A DNA stretch of 64,000 bases from an uncultured Croceitalea sp. (GCA_937959125.1 CALGQU010000024.1:16796-80795); one strand, 5' to 3'. Positions 35,111-44,837 are shown, counted from the stretch's first letter. Made by a program: numbers and translations. Notes: generated by a model from the letters alone, not told the origin.

Positions 35111-35477
35111 GTGTTTGCTTTTTCCTTAAACCTCTAGTATGCATTAGAAAATCTATTACGCCTTAAAATCGTTGCAAAAGCTACCGTTCTACTCCATTTT
35201 CAAGGGTAACCATAACGGTGCTATGGGTAAGCTTGGAAAATGTCAGCTTTTAGTACGCTTTCAAATCTCATTATAAAGTTCCAATGCATAATACGGGTCA
35301 AACGGATTGTCAGAAAAATCACAGAATTTTGTAAAATTTAAATTTTAGGATCCCTTTCCCTATCAAGTTTCAATTTTTAGGTATTTTTAATCTTTAAAAT
35401 TAGCATACCAACAAATTTGTGGGTTCTGGACATACTACCCAACTATCTCTTGAACACCAAAAAATTGCCGTCCAATT

Positions 35478-37103
35478 ATGGATTCTAAACTGAAACTAAA
35501 ACTACTGCCCCTTATTTTATTCGGGGTTCTTTTAAGCAATGCCCAAGATTCCCCTTCTCAGGATTTTGATCTTTCCGCATTTTTCTCGCCCACCAAGGCG
35601 ATAAAATATGACGACCCCAAAATGGCCATTGCCACCTTAAAAGAAGCACAGGCCGCTTATTTAAAGCATGGCGATTCCCTTAAAAGTATTACCGCACTTT
35701 TGCATATGGCAGATGTGTATGGGCATAGTGCTGACTATGCAAATTCTTACGATGCTTTCTGGAAATCACTTCGCATTGCCGATGAAATGGATAACGATTC
35801 CCTCAACATCCATATCTCTATGCGTTTGGGAAGGTTTTATAGTTTCTATAAAAAAGTGGATGAATCCTTTAAGTACTTGCAGAATTCTTTGGCCTTGACA
35901 AAAATGAGGGTCGCAGAAGGTAACATGGACCAGGCCTATCTGGTCGAAAATTACAGTACTTTTTTAAGCACCTACCGAGAGTTGAACCGACCTGAAATGG
36001 CCGAAAAGTATTTGGATAGCTGTCTGCTGTATTACAAAGAAGTCCCAAGCCAAGTCCCTATGGCACAGCTCAATTTTGAAAAAGCCGTCATCTTGTCCCA
36101 AAAAGGTCAGAATAAGGAGGCTTTGGAAACCATGGAATCTATTGAAGCCTGGTATAAAGCACATAGACCTTCTTATCTGGTGCTTATTTATACGTACTGG
36201 GGGGATATCCTTCAGAATACAAATGCCTTGGACCAGAGTGAAAACTACTATCAGAAAGCCTTGGGAGTCTCCTCCAATTACCAAGGGCATATTGATTTTA
36301 CCCCACTTATTTATGAACGTTTGGCCAATCTTTATTTAAAAAAAGGAAACTACCAAGAAGCCTTTGCCAACCAAAAAACTGCCAAGGACCTGGACGCGAA
36401 ATTTTTTGATAGCCGCAGTACCAACAATAGGTCTTTATTGGAAATAAAGGATGAGTTCCGTTTGGAGAAGCAGGCACAAGAGGCACTCATCCAAAAACAG
36501 CGGGTGGAGCAATTGGAACAGGAAGAGGAGATTTCCTTTTTGCAGCGTGTCATCCTTTCCGTCATCATTATTTTTATTCTTTCCGTAGGGTTCATCTTCT
36601 TTAAAAACCTGCAGAACAAACATAGGGTCGAAAAGGAACTTATACGGAGGAACAAGGAGTTGGAAATACAGAAAGCCAATGAGCTATTGGAACTCAAGAA
36701 TAAGGAACTGGCTGCCTCTGCGTTGCAATTGGTAGAAAAAGACGAATTCTTAAAGGAACTGAAAACAAAACTTAGGGGTGGTGGGGAAAATATGAAGGTT
36801 TCTGAAATGAACAAAATCTTACGGACCATCTCCATTAGCAACAATAACAATTGGGAAGAATTTAAATTGCGATTTACCGCCGTCAATGAAAAGTTTTATC
36901 AAAAGCTTACCAAAAAGTATCCCAAACTCAGCCAGAGTGACCACAAGATCTGCGCATTGATCAAGCTGAATTTTTCCAGTAAGGACATGTCCCGTCTTTT
37001 AGGGATTTCCGTAGAATCCGTGCATACGACCCGTTATCGGCTTCGAAAGAAATTAGGATTGGAACGCAGTTCCAATTTGGAGGATTTTATTGCTTCTTTA
37101 TAG
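35478..37103 (+). CDS. membrane-spanning TPR sensor / LuxR-type HTH one-component regulator
   Basis: 541 aa. Signal peptide, TPR-like helical repeats of about 320 aa, a single TM (VILSVIIIFILSVGFIFF), a coiled coil, and a C-terminal LuxR/GerE HTH (DHKICALIKLNFSSKDMSRLLGISVESVHTTRYRLRKKLG). Confidence 0.8.
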   Translation: MDSKLKLKLLPLILFGVLLSNAQDSPSQDFDLSAFFSPTKAIKYDDPKMAIATLKEAQAAYLKHGDSLKSITALLHMADVYGHSADYANSYDAFWKSLRIADEMDNDSLNIHISMRLGRFYSFYKKVDESFKYLQNSLALTKMRVAEGNMDQAYLVENYSTFLSTYRELNRPEMAEKYLDSCLLYYKEVPSQVPMAQLNFEKAVILSQKGQNKEALETMESIEAWYKAHRPSYLVLIYTYWGDILQNTNALDQSENYYQKALGVSSNYQGHIDFTPLIYERLANLYLKKGNYQEAFANQKTAKDLDAKFFDSRSTNNRSLLEIKDEFRLEKQAQEALIQKQRVEQLEQEEEISFLQRVILSVIIIFILSVGFIFFKNLQNKHRVEKELIRRNKELEIQKANELLELKNKELAASALQLVEKDEFLKELKTKLRGGGENMKVSEMNKILRTISISNNNNWEEFKLRFTAVNEKFYQKLTKKYPKLSQSDHKICALIKLNFSSKDMSRLLGISVESVHTTRYRLRKKLGLERSSNLEDFIASL

Positions 37104-37293
37104 CTCAGGTTTTCTTAAAACTGGGTGAGAACTCCCCTTTCTTCCCGACAGAGACGGACAGAATCTTCTTGGAAAAATGAGAGGAGTTTTTAGCATAAAA
37201 TGAAATGTTGCAATTGCCAACCAGCACATCTTCTATGAATTTACGGTTCCTCATACCCGCCATCGTTGCAAACCTGTCTGCCGACAGGCAGGC

Positions 37294-37393
37294 GAGCGGT
37301 AGCAGGGAGTTGGCATGAACGGAGCACAATGACGGATGAGTTCCCACCTACCTTTTTTGGGCTACCGCAAGATCGCATCTTGTGGTAAAACGT
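37294..37393 (+). repeat. structured intergenic repeat, copy 1 (100 bp)
   Basis: Direct repeat of 37529-37623. Contains an imperfect long hairpin + T6 (37355-37360) and a second hairpin, ccgcaagat-cgc-atcttgtgg. Confidence 0.8.
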
Positions 37394-37528
37394 TTGGCAA
37401 TGCCACACGAAAGGATTTGTAAAACAGCGAGGGATAGCCGTGGCTTCCTTAAATCTTATTGCTTACTCGGTACGCCACGAGTTTGGAAACTCGCGGTAGC
37501 GCTCACTCTTGTGTAGACATTCTAGCAC

Positions 37529-37623
37529 GAGCGGGGGAGTTAGCATGAACGAAGCACAATGACGGATGAGTTCCCGCCTACCTTTTTTGAGCTACCGCAA
37601 GATTATATCTTGTGGTAAAACGT
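37529..37623 (+). repeat. structured intergenic repeat, copy 2 (95 bp)
   Basis: By manual alignment to copy 1 there are 7 substitutions and one 5-nt indel. Three of the 7 substitutions are exactly the loop of the second hairpin (cgc vs tat), while both 9-nt arms are identical. Confidence 0.8.
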
Positions 37624-37783
37624 ATGTCTCCCTATTTCTTCCTCAAAACGGTACGAAGTTGGAAACTTCGCAGAGCGGGAATGTTTCACAATCGCAAAAC
37701 CTACATGATAGCCAGAGTTTCCCATACTAAAACAAGATGACGTTTAATGATTAACCGATCTAATCACAGGACAGATAAAAACC

Positions 37784-37809
37784 AAAAAAGGCCCACAAAT
37801 TGTGGGCCC
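37784..37809 (-). terminator. rho-independent terminator of the SusC/SusD/lipoprotein operon
   Basis: ggcccaca/tgtgggcc stem (37790-37808). On the minus strand it is followed by T6 (complement of A-run 37784-37789), 25 nt past the stop at 37834. Confidence 0.65.
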
Positions 37810-37833
37810 TTTAGCAAGTGTGAATTCTAGTAT

Positions 37834-39507
37834 TTATCTACCGTCATCAACAACCCTAATGGAAGCCTGATCAACAAATATCCTTCCTTGACCAGAAGTT
37901 CCATCAGTAGCATTGACTACTCTTATCAATGCACGAATATCCCCTCCAATATTAATATTTCTGGTCCCTTGTACCAATACCCACTCTCCTACCGGTAAAT
38001 TGGTTGTTTGGGATCCTGTAGTAAAAGCGGCAAAATCCAATAAGAAGAAATCTACGGCAGTACCGGCTGTAGCACTCTCTACATAAACCCACATGGACAA
38101 AACATACTCTCCTTCTGGTTCTGTAGCCGGCAGCACGCCCAAACCATTTTCAACAATATTCGATCCAATTCCAAAGTTATTTGCAAAATCGGCAAGATTA
38201 AAACTATTGGAATTGAAAAGCATACTGGTCGTTCCATCAAAACTTTGATCCATACTAAATTCAAGTTCTGGGGTATCCGCTGGGTTTGGCCAAAAGAAAC
38301 CACCACCGGACCAGGATCCCGTATTCTCAAATGTAGCAGCGTCGCCCAAGAGATTGGTTCCCGTAGGGAAAACGTTGGACTCTAAAAATGGTACGATACT
38401 TTCCCCTTGCTGGGATTGTAATCCCCTTCCTGAAAAACTTATCAGAACATTGTCCATAAGGACTGAAGGTACATTACCTGATAATGATAACAAAAGGTTG
38501 TTTGGATCATTGGGATCTATCTGCACGTCGGTAACGGAGATTGCACCAATGGAATCAGCTGCGCTTGCATCCGTTACTTCCGCAACATCGATAAACAATT
38601 GAAAATCTGTTGCAGATATTACAGAAACATCGCCAATTGCCTGTTCGTATCCTACTATGATGGAATTCCCCATTGCCGACAATTTAATGGCATCACGTCC
38701 TTCCCCTCGGCTTGGCGTTAAACCATCAACCACAATAATTCGTCTTACCACAGTTGAAGAGGACTGGGAAGGAAACTCACGTGTGACCGTCAAGGTTACC
38801 GCTTCTCCATCTGCCCCATCTGGAGTGACCGTATCAAATACCACATTGAAGGTTTGGTTGATGTCCGTTGTCTCAAACGTGCTTGATGGTCCATCTGGTG
38901 TAGCAATGACCCCATTGCCAAAATCCCATTCAAAAATAACTTGTCCTGGAACCGCTAAATCCGTCACCTCCAGTCCTAATGAGGCTGCATCACCTGCCCT
39001 TACCGGCGTAGCCTCATTGATTGAAGCAATGCCTGGGGCAATAATGACTGCAGATAAATTTGACCTTACTTGGACTTGCGTTTCCGTTCTCCTGATTTCC
39101 CCACTGTTTAGGGTTTCCGTAAGAATAATTGGAAAACCGAACTGCTCGGCAGTCAAGCCTGTATTATTAGGTCTATTGAAACTCCTTGTAACGGGTCCCA
39201 TTTCAGCAATCTCCTCAAAATCCAGTGATGAGGCCGACTGAGGCTGTGGAATCTCCCAAACCCTTTCAACGACTTGATTATCTGGCGTAGTGGAAGCGAA
39301 TGTAACAGGGAGGTCTACAAATGTACCAAACGGTGGTGCTAAACCAGAATTATCGTTTGGGTCGCTCGTCTGCTCATTTTGCAAGGTTACCAAAATTCTG
39401 GTAATCTCGTCCAAAGGTCTCGCTGTAGTATCCAAGGTATCCTCACATGATAAGAAAAACATGCCCGATACAACTAAACTAAAAATGTATGCTATATTTT
39501 TTTTCAT
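37834..39507 (-). CDS. surface glycan-binding lipoprotein candidate (PKD-like + C-terminal CBM-like domains)
   Basis: 557 aa. Signal MFFLSC, PKD-type motif FEWDFGNG, and a C-terminal beta-sandwich resembling CBM4/9-type modules. Lies immediately downstream of susD. Confidence 0.55.
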   Translation of the reverse strand: MKKNIAYIFSLVVSGMFFLSCEDTLDTTARPLDEITRILVTLQNEQTSDPNDNSGLAPPFGTFVDLPVTFASTTPDNQVVERVWEIPQPQSASSLDFEEIAEMGPVTRSFNRPNNTGLTAEQFGFPIILTETLNSGEIRRTETQVQVRSNLSAVIIAPGIASINEATPVRAGDAASLGLEVTDLAVPGQVIFEWDFGNGVIATPDGPSSTFETTDINQTFNVVFDTVTPDGADGEAVTLTVTREFPSQSSSTVVRRIIVVDGLTPSRGEGRDAIKLSAMGNSIIVGYEQAIGDVSVISATDFQLFIDVAEVTDASAADSIGAISVTDVQIDPNDPNNLLLSLSGNVPSVLMDNVLISFSGRGLQSQQGESIVPFLESNVFPTGTNLLGDAATFENTGSWSGGGFFWPNPADTPELEFSMDQSFDGTTSMLFNSNSFNLADFANNFGIGSNIVENGLGVLPATEPEGEYVLSMWVYVESATAGTAVDFFLLDFAAFTTGSQTTNLPVGEWVLVQGTRNINIGGDIRALIRVVNATDGTSGQGRIFVDQASIRVVDDGR

Positions 39508-39515
39508 AATTTATC

Positions 39516-41456
39516 TTATTCAAAATCAAAACATCCTGCCGCCGAAGAACCATAGGCACAGTTTTGTTGTAAGTTAGGGTTTAGTGAAATTTCTCTTTGC
39601 GGTATAGGCCAGTGCGTATGCAGTGTCAAATTGAAATTCTGCATTACTGGTATTTGTGGACTCAATCCGGGATTGGAAGAATTCTGGTGCAAATTGCTTA
39701 CAACCTCTTCCAACTTAGCAGTCCTGATCAAATCATCCTTACGTTTTCCTTCATAGCACAGTTCCTTGTTGCGTTCCAATAAAATGGCGTCCAACATCTC
39801 CGCTTGGGAGAGTCCGGCCGGAATTAGATAATCGTTAGGATCCGTAGGCACTAAGTTATTGGCTACTGCGGCTGTAAGGATTCCATCTGGTGTTCCTACA
39901 TCATCTACCGTTGGCGACAAGTACTCTATTCTGGTACTTGCATCATTTGGATCGGAGAATTCCGGCACTTCTGCTAAGACACTCGGTTTTATAGATCGCT
40001 CTATCACCTGGTTTACCAAGGTACGGGCATCCTCTGTTCTGCCAAGGGCGTTGTAAGCCTCAGCCTGCATCAACAGTACATCTGCATAGCGTAAATATGG
40101 AAAATCAATAAGTCCATCCCCATTTTCATTAGGGTTAGGGAAAGGCTTTACATATTTCAACGGACTCCAGTTAAACCAAGAGGCATTGTTCAAATTAAAT
40201 TCGGTTAAGGGATCAAGAACCACTTCTCCCCTAGCAGCGGGTGCCAAACCAAAGAAATCCCGGGTGGTCACATTGTTGTCCCATCGTTCATCAGCTACAA
40301 AGTTATTAGGTCCCAAAAGACTGGCCGGTATGGAGAAACGTTGTCCAGGAGCGTCAATAATGGTTGGATCAACAGCCAATAAAAGGTTGTCTGGTCCAAT
40401 AGTAGCACCGCTACCATCTGGATCGGTAATACCATCTGGTCGTAAGTATTCAAAAGCAAAATCAATGTTAAGGTTAAGTACACCAAAACCTCCACCGTCT
40501 CTTAAATTTCCCCTACCCAAGAAGTCACCGTAGTCACTACCTACTTGGTTGTTTGGGCCATCAAAGCCTACGGCAAAAATAACTTCTTCGTTATTTTCAT
40601 TATCCGCTGAGAACACATCGGCATAATCTGGCACCAAACCAAAGGAACCGGAATCGATTACTTCGCCCAACACGGTCGAAGCTTGCATAAACCTTTCGGT
40701 CACACTAACAGGGCTTCCATTGCTGTCAATACCCCCTTCTACACCTCCATACTCACGGGTTGTAGTCATTTGCAAATACACCTTACCCAAAAGCACCTGA
40801 GCCGCTTCCCTAGAAGCAATATCTTGGCTACCACCAACACGGGTAGGGGCATTTTCAGCAGCAAACTGTAAATCCTCAATAATCTGCAGATATATCTCCT
40901 CAGCAGGGGTATTTGCCAATTCAGCATCTTCGCGAACGGTTGCCAAGGTAAGGTCGGTATTCACGACCAAAGGGATATCCCCCCAAATTTTTACCATATC
41001 AAAGTATAACAACGCCCGTAAGAAACGTGCCTCGCCAAGGGCAGGGTTACGTTCCTCTGGTGTAGAAACGTCATTAAAACTTTCTATCTGACCTATGAAC
41101 GTATTGATTTGCTTTATAGCGATATAAAACTCGGTCCACGTTTGCTCAATGATCAATGTACCAGGTCCATAACTATAGGTATAGAGTGGAATAAATTCCG
41201 GCACAAAGAATGCCGCACCCCCAAAGTTATCGATACCGCCACCGGCCCACATGGTCACCACACCGGAATTACGGTACAATGCATTGGAACGTAGCGAAGC
41301 ATATATACTGGAGGTACGCCCAGATATCAAGTCCTGTAAATTATCAAAAGATGCCGTCGTCGTGTTGTTCTCGGTAGTTTCCCTCGTACAACTGTTGGTT
41401 CCCAGCGCTAGTGCCGAAACCACTATAAACATTATAAGTTTGTTCTTAATTTTCAT
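39516..41456 (-). CDS. susD: SusD/RagB-family outer-membrane lipoprotein
   Basis: 646 aa. Signal LGTNSC and SusD-like helical core (FLRALLYFDMVKIWGDIPL, LGKVYLQM, YADVLLMQAEAY). Lies 9 nt downstream of susC. Confidence 0.9.
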   Translation of the reverse strand: MKIKNKLIMFIVVSALALGTNSCTRETTENNTTTASFDNLQDLISGRTSSIYASLRSNALYRNSGVVTMWAGGGIDNFGGAAFFVPEFIPLYTYSYGPGTLIIEQTWTEFYIAIKQINTFIGQIESFNDVSTPEERNPALGEARFLRALLYFDMVKIWGDIPLVVNTDLTLATVREDAELANTPAEEIYLQIIEDLQFAAENAPTRVGGSQDIASREAAQVLLGKVYLQMTTTREYGGVEGGIDSNGSPVSVTERFMQASTVLGEVIDSGSFGLVPDYADVFSADNENNEEVIFAVGFDGPNNQVGSDYGDFLGRGNLRDGGGFGVLNLNIDFAFEYLRPDGITDPDGSGATIGPDNLLLAVDPTIIDAPGQRFSIPASLLGPNNFVADERWDNNVTTRDFFGLAPAARGEVVLDPLTEFNLNNASWFNWSPLKYVKPFPNPNENGDGLIDFPYLRYADVLLMQAEAYNALGRTEDARTLVNQVIERSIKPSVLAEVPEFSDPNDASTRIEYLSPTVDDVGTPDGILTAAVANNLVPTDPNDYLIPAGLSQAEMLDAILLERNKELCYEGKRKDDLIRTAKLEEVVSNLHQNSSNPGLSPQIPVMQNFNLTLHTHWPIPQREISLNPNLQQNCAYGSSAAGCFDFE

Positions 41457-41465
41457 AACGTTATT

Positions 41466-44400
41466 TTAAAAAGTTCCTTTTATACCTAGTCTGAATGTTC
41501 TTGCCTTTGGATAAGCGTCAAAATCTACTGCTGGTGTCAAGGCCGAGTTTGTTCCGCCCGCTACACTAACATCTGGGTCATAACCGGAATAATTGGTCCA
41601 AACAAAGACATTATCTGCAGCAAAGTAAAAACGTAATTGCGACAAGCCTATTTTATCTGTAACCAGATTAGGTAGGTTGTAGCCTAAAGTGACGTTCTGT
41701 AACCTTAGGAAAGAACCGTCCTCTATATAATCTGAAGTATTGGCAATACCTGTTTCCAAAACCCTTCCACGGATACTGTTCACCCTAGTGTCTTGGTTAT
41801 TTACCGTCCATCTGTCCCTTGCAATACCATACTTATTGGTAAACAAGTTTTGATTAAATCCGGGTAACAGGTTTTTGTTATAAACATCCCCACCATATCT
41901 CCAGTTCAAACCAAAAGAGAAATCCCAACTTTTATACCTGAAAGAGTTGGTAATACCCCCAAAATGATCTGGGTTGGCATCACCGATGACCACTAGGTCG
42001 GCTTCGTTGATCACCCCGTCACCGTTTTGGTCTACCAATTTCTGTTGGCCGGGTCTGTTGTTCCCACCGTTGGCTGGGACACCTTCTCTTAACGTAAAGG
42101 AATTTCCACCACCATCGCCACCAAAAGGTCGCAACCTGCCGGTATTGGGATCGTTCCTATACAAGTCCACCGCTTCTGCATTGGTCAATCCATCAAAATC
42201 CACAAAGTCCTCAAATTGATAAACCCCATCGCTTTCAAAACCGAACATGGCACCTAACGGCAATCCTTCCCTAACAATAAAATCATTATTTACCCCTGTT
42301 CCTGCAGGCGCAGATACCAAAAATTCCGTCTGTACATCCCCTAAGGAAATTACTTCGTTCTCAATAAAGCTGATGTTAAAATTAGTAGACCAGGTAAAAT
42401 TCTTGGTGTCTATGTTGACACTTCTAAAGGCCAATTCAAAACCGGTATTCCTTACTTCACCCACATTTTCCAGGATGAATGGAAAACCCGCTTGACTAGC
42501 CGTTGGACGCTCCAAAAGCAAATCCTCCGTGTCTTTTCTAAACCAGTCTACCGCAACGTTCAAGCGGTTATTGAACAAGCCTACTTCTCCACCTAGATCA
42601 TATTGGGTAGTTGTTTCCCAAGTAAGGTCTGGGTTGGACACCCTTGATAAAAAGAAGCCGTTAAACCGGTTCCCGTTTCTAACACTGGCAGCACTAATGT
42701 TGGGGTTACCACTTCTAAAAGAAGATGATCTAGACCCATTGAAGGCCAACTGTGACTGAAATACCCCAATCTTATCATTACCCGTCTGACCTACACTGGC
42801 CTTTAATCTCAAATTGCTCAAGAAAGAAGAGTTTTCCAAGAAGGATTCCTCACTAACGTTCCAAGTGAAACCAGCGGATGGGAAGAATCCCCATTGGGAA
42901 GGTCCAGGAAAGAATCGCGAAGACTTGTCCGTTCTAGCCGTTAGGTTAATAACATACCTACTATCAAAAGAATAGTTGACCCGGCCAAAGAAACCTAAAA
43001 GACCATTTTCTCCACGGCCAGAATCTATAAACTGGTTGGTAGCAACACTTAAATCATCCAAGTTAACATCATCACTTTCAAAACCGGTGGCCCTAGCAGA
43101 AAATGTGCTGAATTCATTGGATAACAAACTGGTACCGACCACCACATTGACCTTATGCTTGTCAGCATATATTTTATCAAATGTTAGGGTGTTATTGTTC
43201 TGCCATCTGTTCTCACTAAAACGACTTACGTTGGCGATACCCAATTGCTGTCCAAAATCCAAGTTGGTCGGCAGGTATACCTCACCAATGTTTTGATAAG
43301 CGTTAAACGAAAGTGATGACTTAAAACGAAGACCGTCCGCTATTTTGTAATCCAAATAGGTGGAGATGTATCCAAAAAGCTCTTCACCATTGTTGACGGT
43401 TTCATTCACTTGGGATACTGGGTTAAGGATAAAACGTCCATTGGCATTGGTCACAAACCCATTTTCATCAAAAAGGATATTGTTGGTACCAACCCCAATC
43501 CTTCCGCTATCAAAACGTCCTTGAACAGGTGGGGCCAAAGCTAAATTGGTAATTACACCAAAAGCGCCCCTGTTACCACCGTCCGGGGTGGCGTTAATGA
43601 TACCTGATCGATTACTTCGACCACCACTGGCCTGAAAACCTATCTGCAAGCGATCGCTTACGTTTCCACCTACATTGACAGAAGCTTGGATTCGCTCAAA
43701 ATCCGTATTGGTAACAATACCTTCTTGGTTGGTATAACTCATATTGGCACTAAACCAAGAAGTGTCGTTGCCCGTTCTGGCACTTATGCTATACTTATTT
43801 AAAATACCGGGTCTAAAAACATCCCCTCTAAAATCATTGATCGCAAAACGACGTTCACCATCAGGTCCAATAGCATCCAAAGGCAATTCATTTCCGTTAT
43901 TATCCCTAAAGGCCAATTGCTCAAACCTATTTGCGGTAAAGGTTGGATCCCACGGAAAAGCCTCATTGAAAAAATCAACAAACTCTTGGGCACCCAAAAT
44001 ATCTATTTGATTGGATATTGATTGGACTCCCGTAGTGGCATCAAAATCAAAAGTCAATTTATTTTCTTGGCCTTTACCGGTTTTTGTATTGATAATGACT
44101 ACCCCATTGGCTCCCCTGGAACCATAAATGGCCGTGGCGTTCGCATCTTTTAAAATCTCTATGGATTCAATGTTGTTGGGATCGACCAAAGATAGCGGAC
44201 TAGAAGCAGAGATAGCTCCCGTTTCCGCAGCACCGCCAATACCTTGGGCATCACCGTCGATTTCCACACCGTCTATAACATATAAAGGTGCACTACTGGC
44301 GTTGATGGAGGTTGCACCCCTAATTTGGATGGTCGCCGCATCACCGGGACCACCTTGGGAAGAGGTAATCAATACCCCCGCCGCTTTTCCAAGTAACGCT

Positions 44401-44837
44401 TCCTCAAAGGAAACCGCCTGGATTTGATTGATGTCATCCGCTTTTAAGGAGACTTGGGAACCTGTTAATTCCTTTTTTTCCAACGTACCATAACCTACAA
44501 TAACAACTTCATCAAGTTGTTCCGTATCTTCTTCCATAGTTACGTTTACAACTGCGGATGTATCGCTAATCGTTCTCTTCACGGTTTTAAAACCGATGTA
44601 AGAAAATAGCAACACTTCCCCATTGGATGCTTGGATCTCAAAATTACCATCCAAATCCGTGGTTACACCTCTAGAGGTACCATCAACGATGACCGCAAGG
44701 CCAGGTAGTGGTATCCCTAAATTGTCTACTACCGTTCCCTTTACCAACTCTTGGGCCATCACCGTAGTGAGTCCAAAACATAGGTAAAGCAGTAACGTCT
44801 TTACTACATTGTTTAGTTTCAGTTTCATTTCATTCAT
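41466..44837 (-). CDS. susC: SusC/RagA-family TonB-dependent transporter
   Basis: 1123 aa. Signal, carboxypeptidase-regulatory-like N-domain (GTVVDNLGIPLPGLAVIV), TonB box/plug (DEVVIVGYGT), and beta-barrel terminus ...RLGIKGTF. Confidence 0.9.
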   Translation of the reverse strand: MNEMKLKLNNVVKTLLLYLCFGLTTVMAQELVKGTVVDNLGIPLPGLAVIVDGTSRGVTTDLDGNFEIQASNGEVLLFSYIGFKTVKRTISDTSAVVNVTMEEDTEQLDEVVIVGYGTLEKKELTGSQVSLKADDINQIQAVSFEEALLGKAAGVLITSSQGGPGDAATIQIRGATSINASSAPLYVIDGVEIDGDAQGIGGAAETGAISASSPLSLVDPNNIESIEILKDANATAIYGSRGANGVVIINTKTGKGQENKLTFDFDATTGVQSISNQIDILGAQEFVDFFNEAFPWDPTFTANRFEQLAFRDNNGNELPLDAIGPDGERRFAINDFRGDVFRPGILNKYSISARTGNDTSWFSANMSYTNQEGIVTNTDFERIQASVNVGGNVSDRLQIGFQASGGRSNRSGIINATPDGGNRGAFGVITNLALAPPVQGRFDSGRIGVGTNNILFDENGFVTNANGRFILNPVSQVNETVNNGEELFGYISTYLDYKIADGLRFKSSLSFNAYQNIGEVYLPTNLDFGQQLGIANVSRFSENRWQNNNTLTFDKIYADKHKVNVVVGTSLLSNEFSTFSARATGFESDDVNLDDLSVATNQFIDSGRGENGLLGFFGRVNYSFDSRYVINLTARTDKSSRFFPGPSQWGFFPSAGFTWNVSEESFLENSSFLSNLRLKASVGQTGNDKIGVFQSQLAFNGSRSSSFRSGNPNISAASVRNGNRFNGFFLSRVSNPDLTWETTTQYDLGGEVGLFNNRLNVAVDWFRKDTEDLLLERPTASQAGFPFILENVGEVRNTGFELAFRSVNIDTKNFTWSTNFNISFIENEVISLGDVQTEFLVSAPAGTGVNNDFIVREGLPLGAMFGFESDGVYQFEDFVDFDGLTNAEAVDLYRNDPNTGRLRPFGGDGGGNSFTLREGVPANGGNNRPGQQKLVDQNGDGVINEADLVVIGDANPDHFGGITNSFRYKSWDFSFGLNWRYGGDVYNKNLLPGFNQNLFTNKYGIARDRWTVNNQDTRVNSIRGRVLETGIANTSDYIEDGSFLRLQNVTLGYNLPNLVTDKIGLSQLRFYFAADNVFVWTNYSGYDPDVSVAGGTNSALTPAVDFDAYPKARTFRLGIKGTF

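Noticed and set aside
37105-37347. 80-aa minus-strand ORF in the LuxR / SGBP intergenic region
   Set aside because: It runs through the structured repeat and hairpins, has no motif, and the second repeat copy does not preserve the reading frame (5-nt indel).
37294-37750. Possible CRISPR array or diversity-generating retroelement template/variable repeat pair
   Set aside because: There are only 2-3 copies, with 95-100-bp units at a period of about 235 bp and no short regular spacers or cas genes. The substitutions are A<->G in both directions, and no reverse transcriptase lies nearby.
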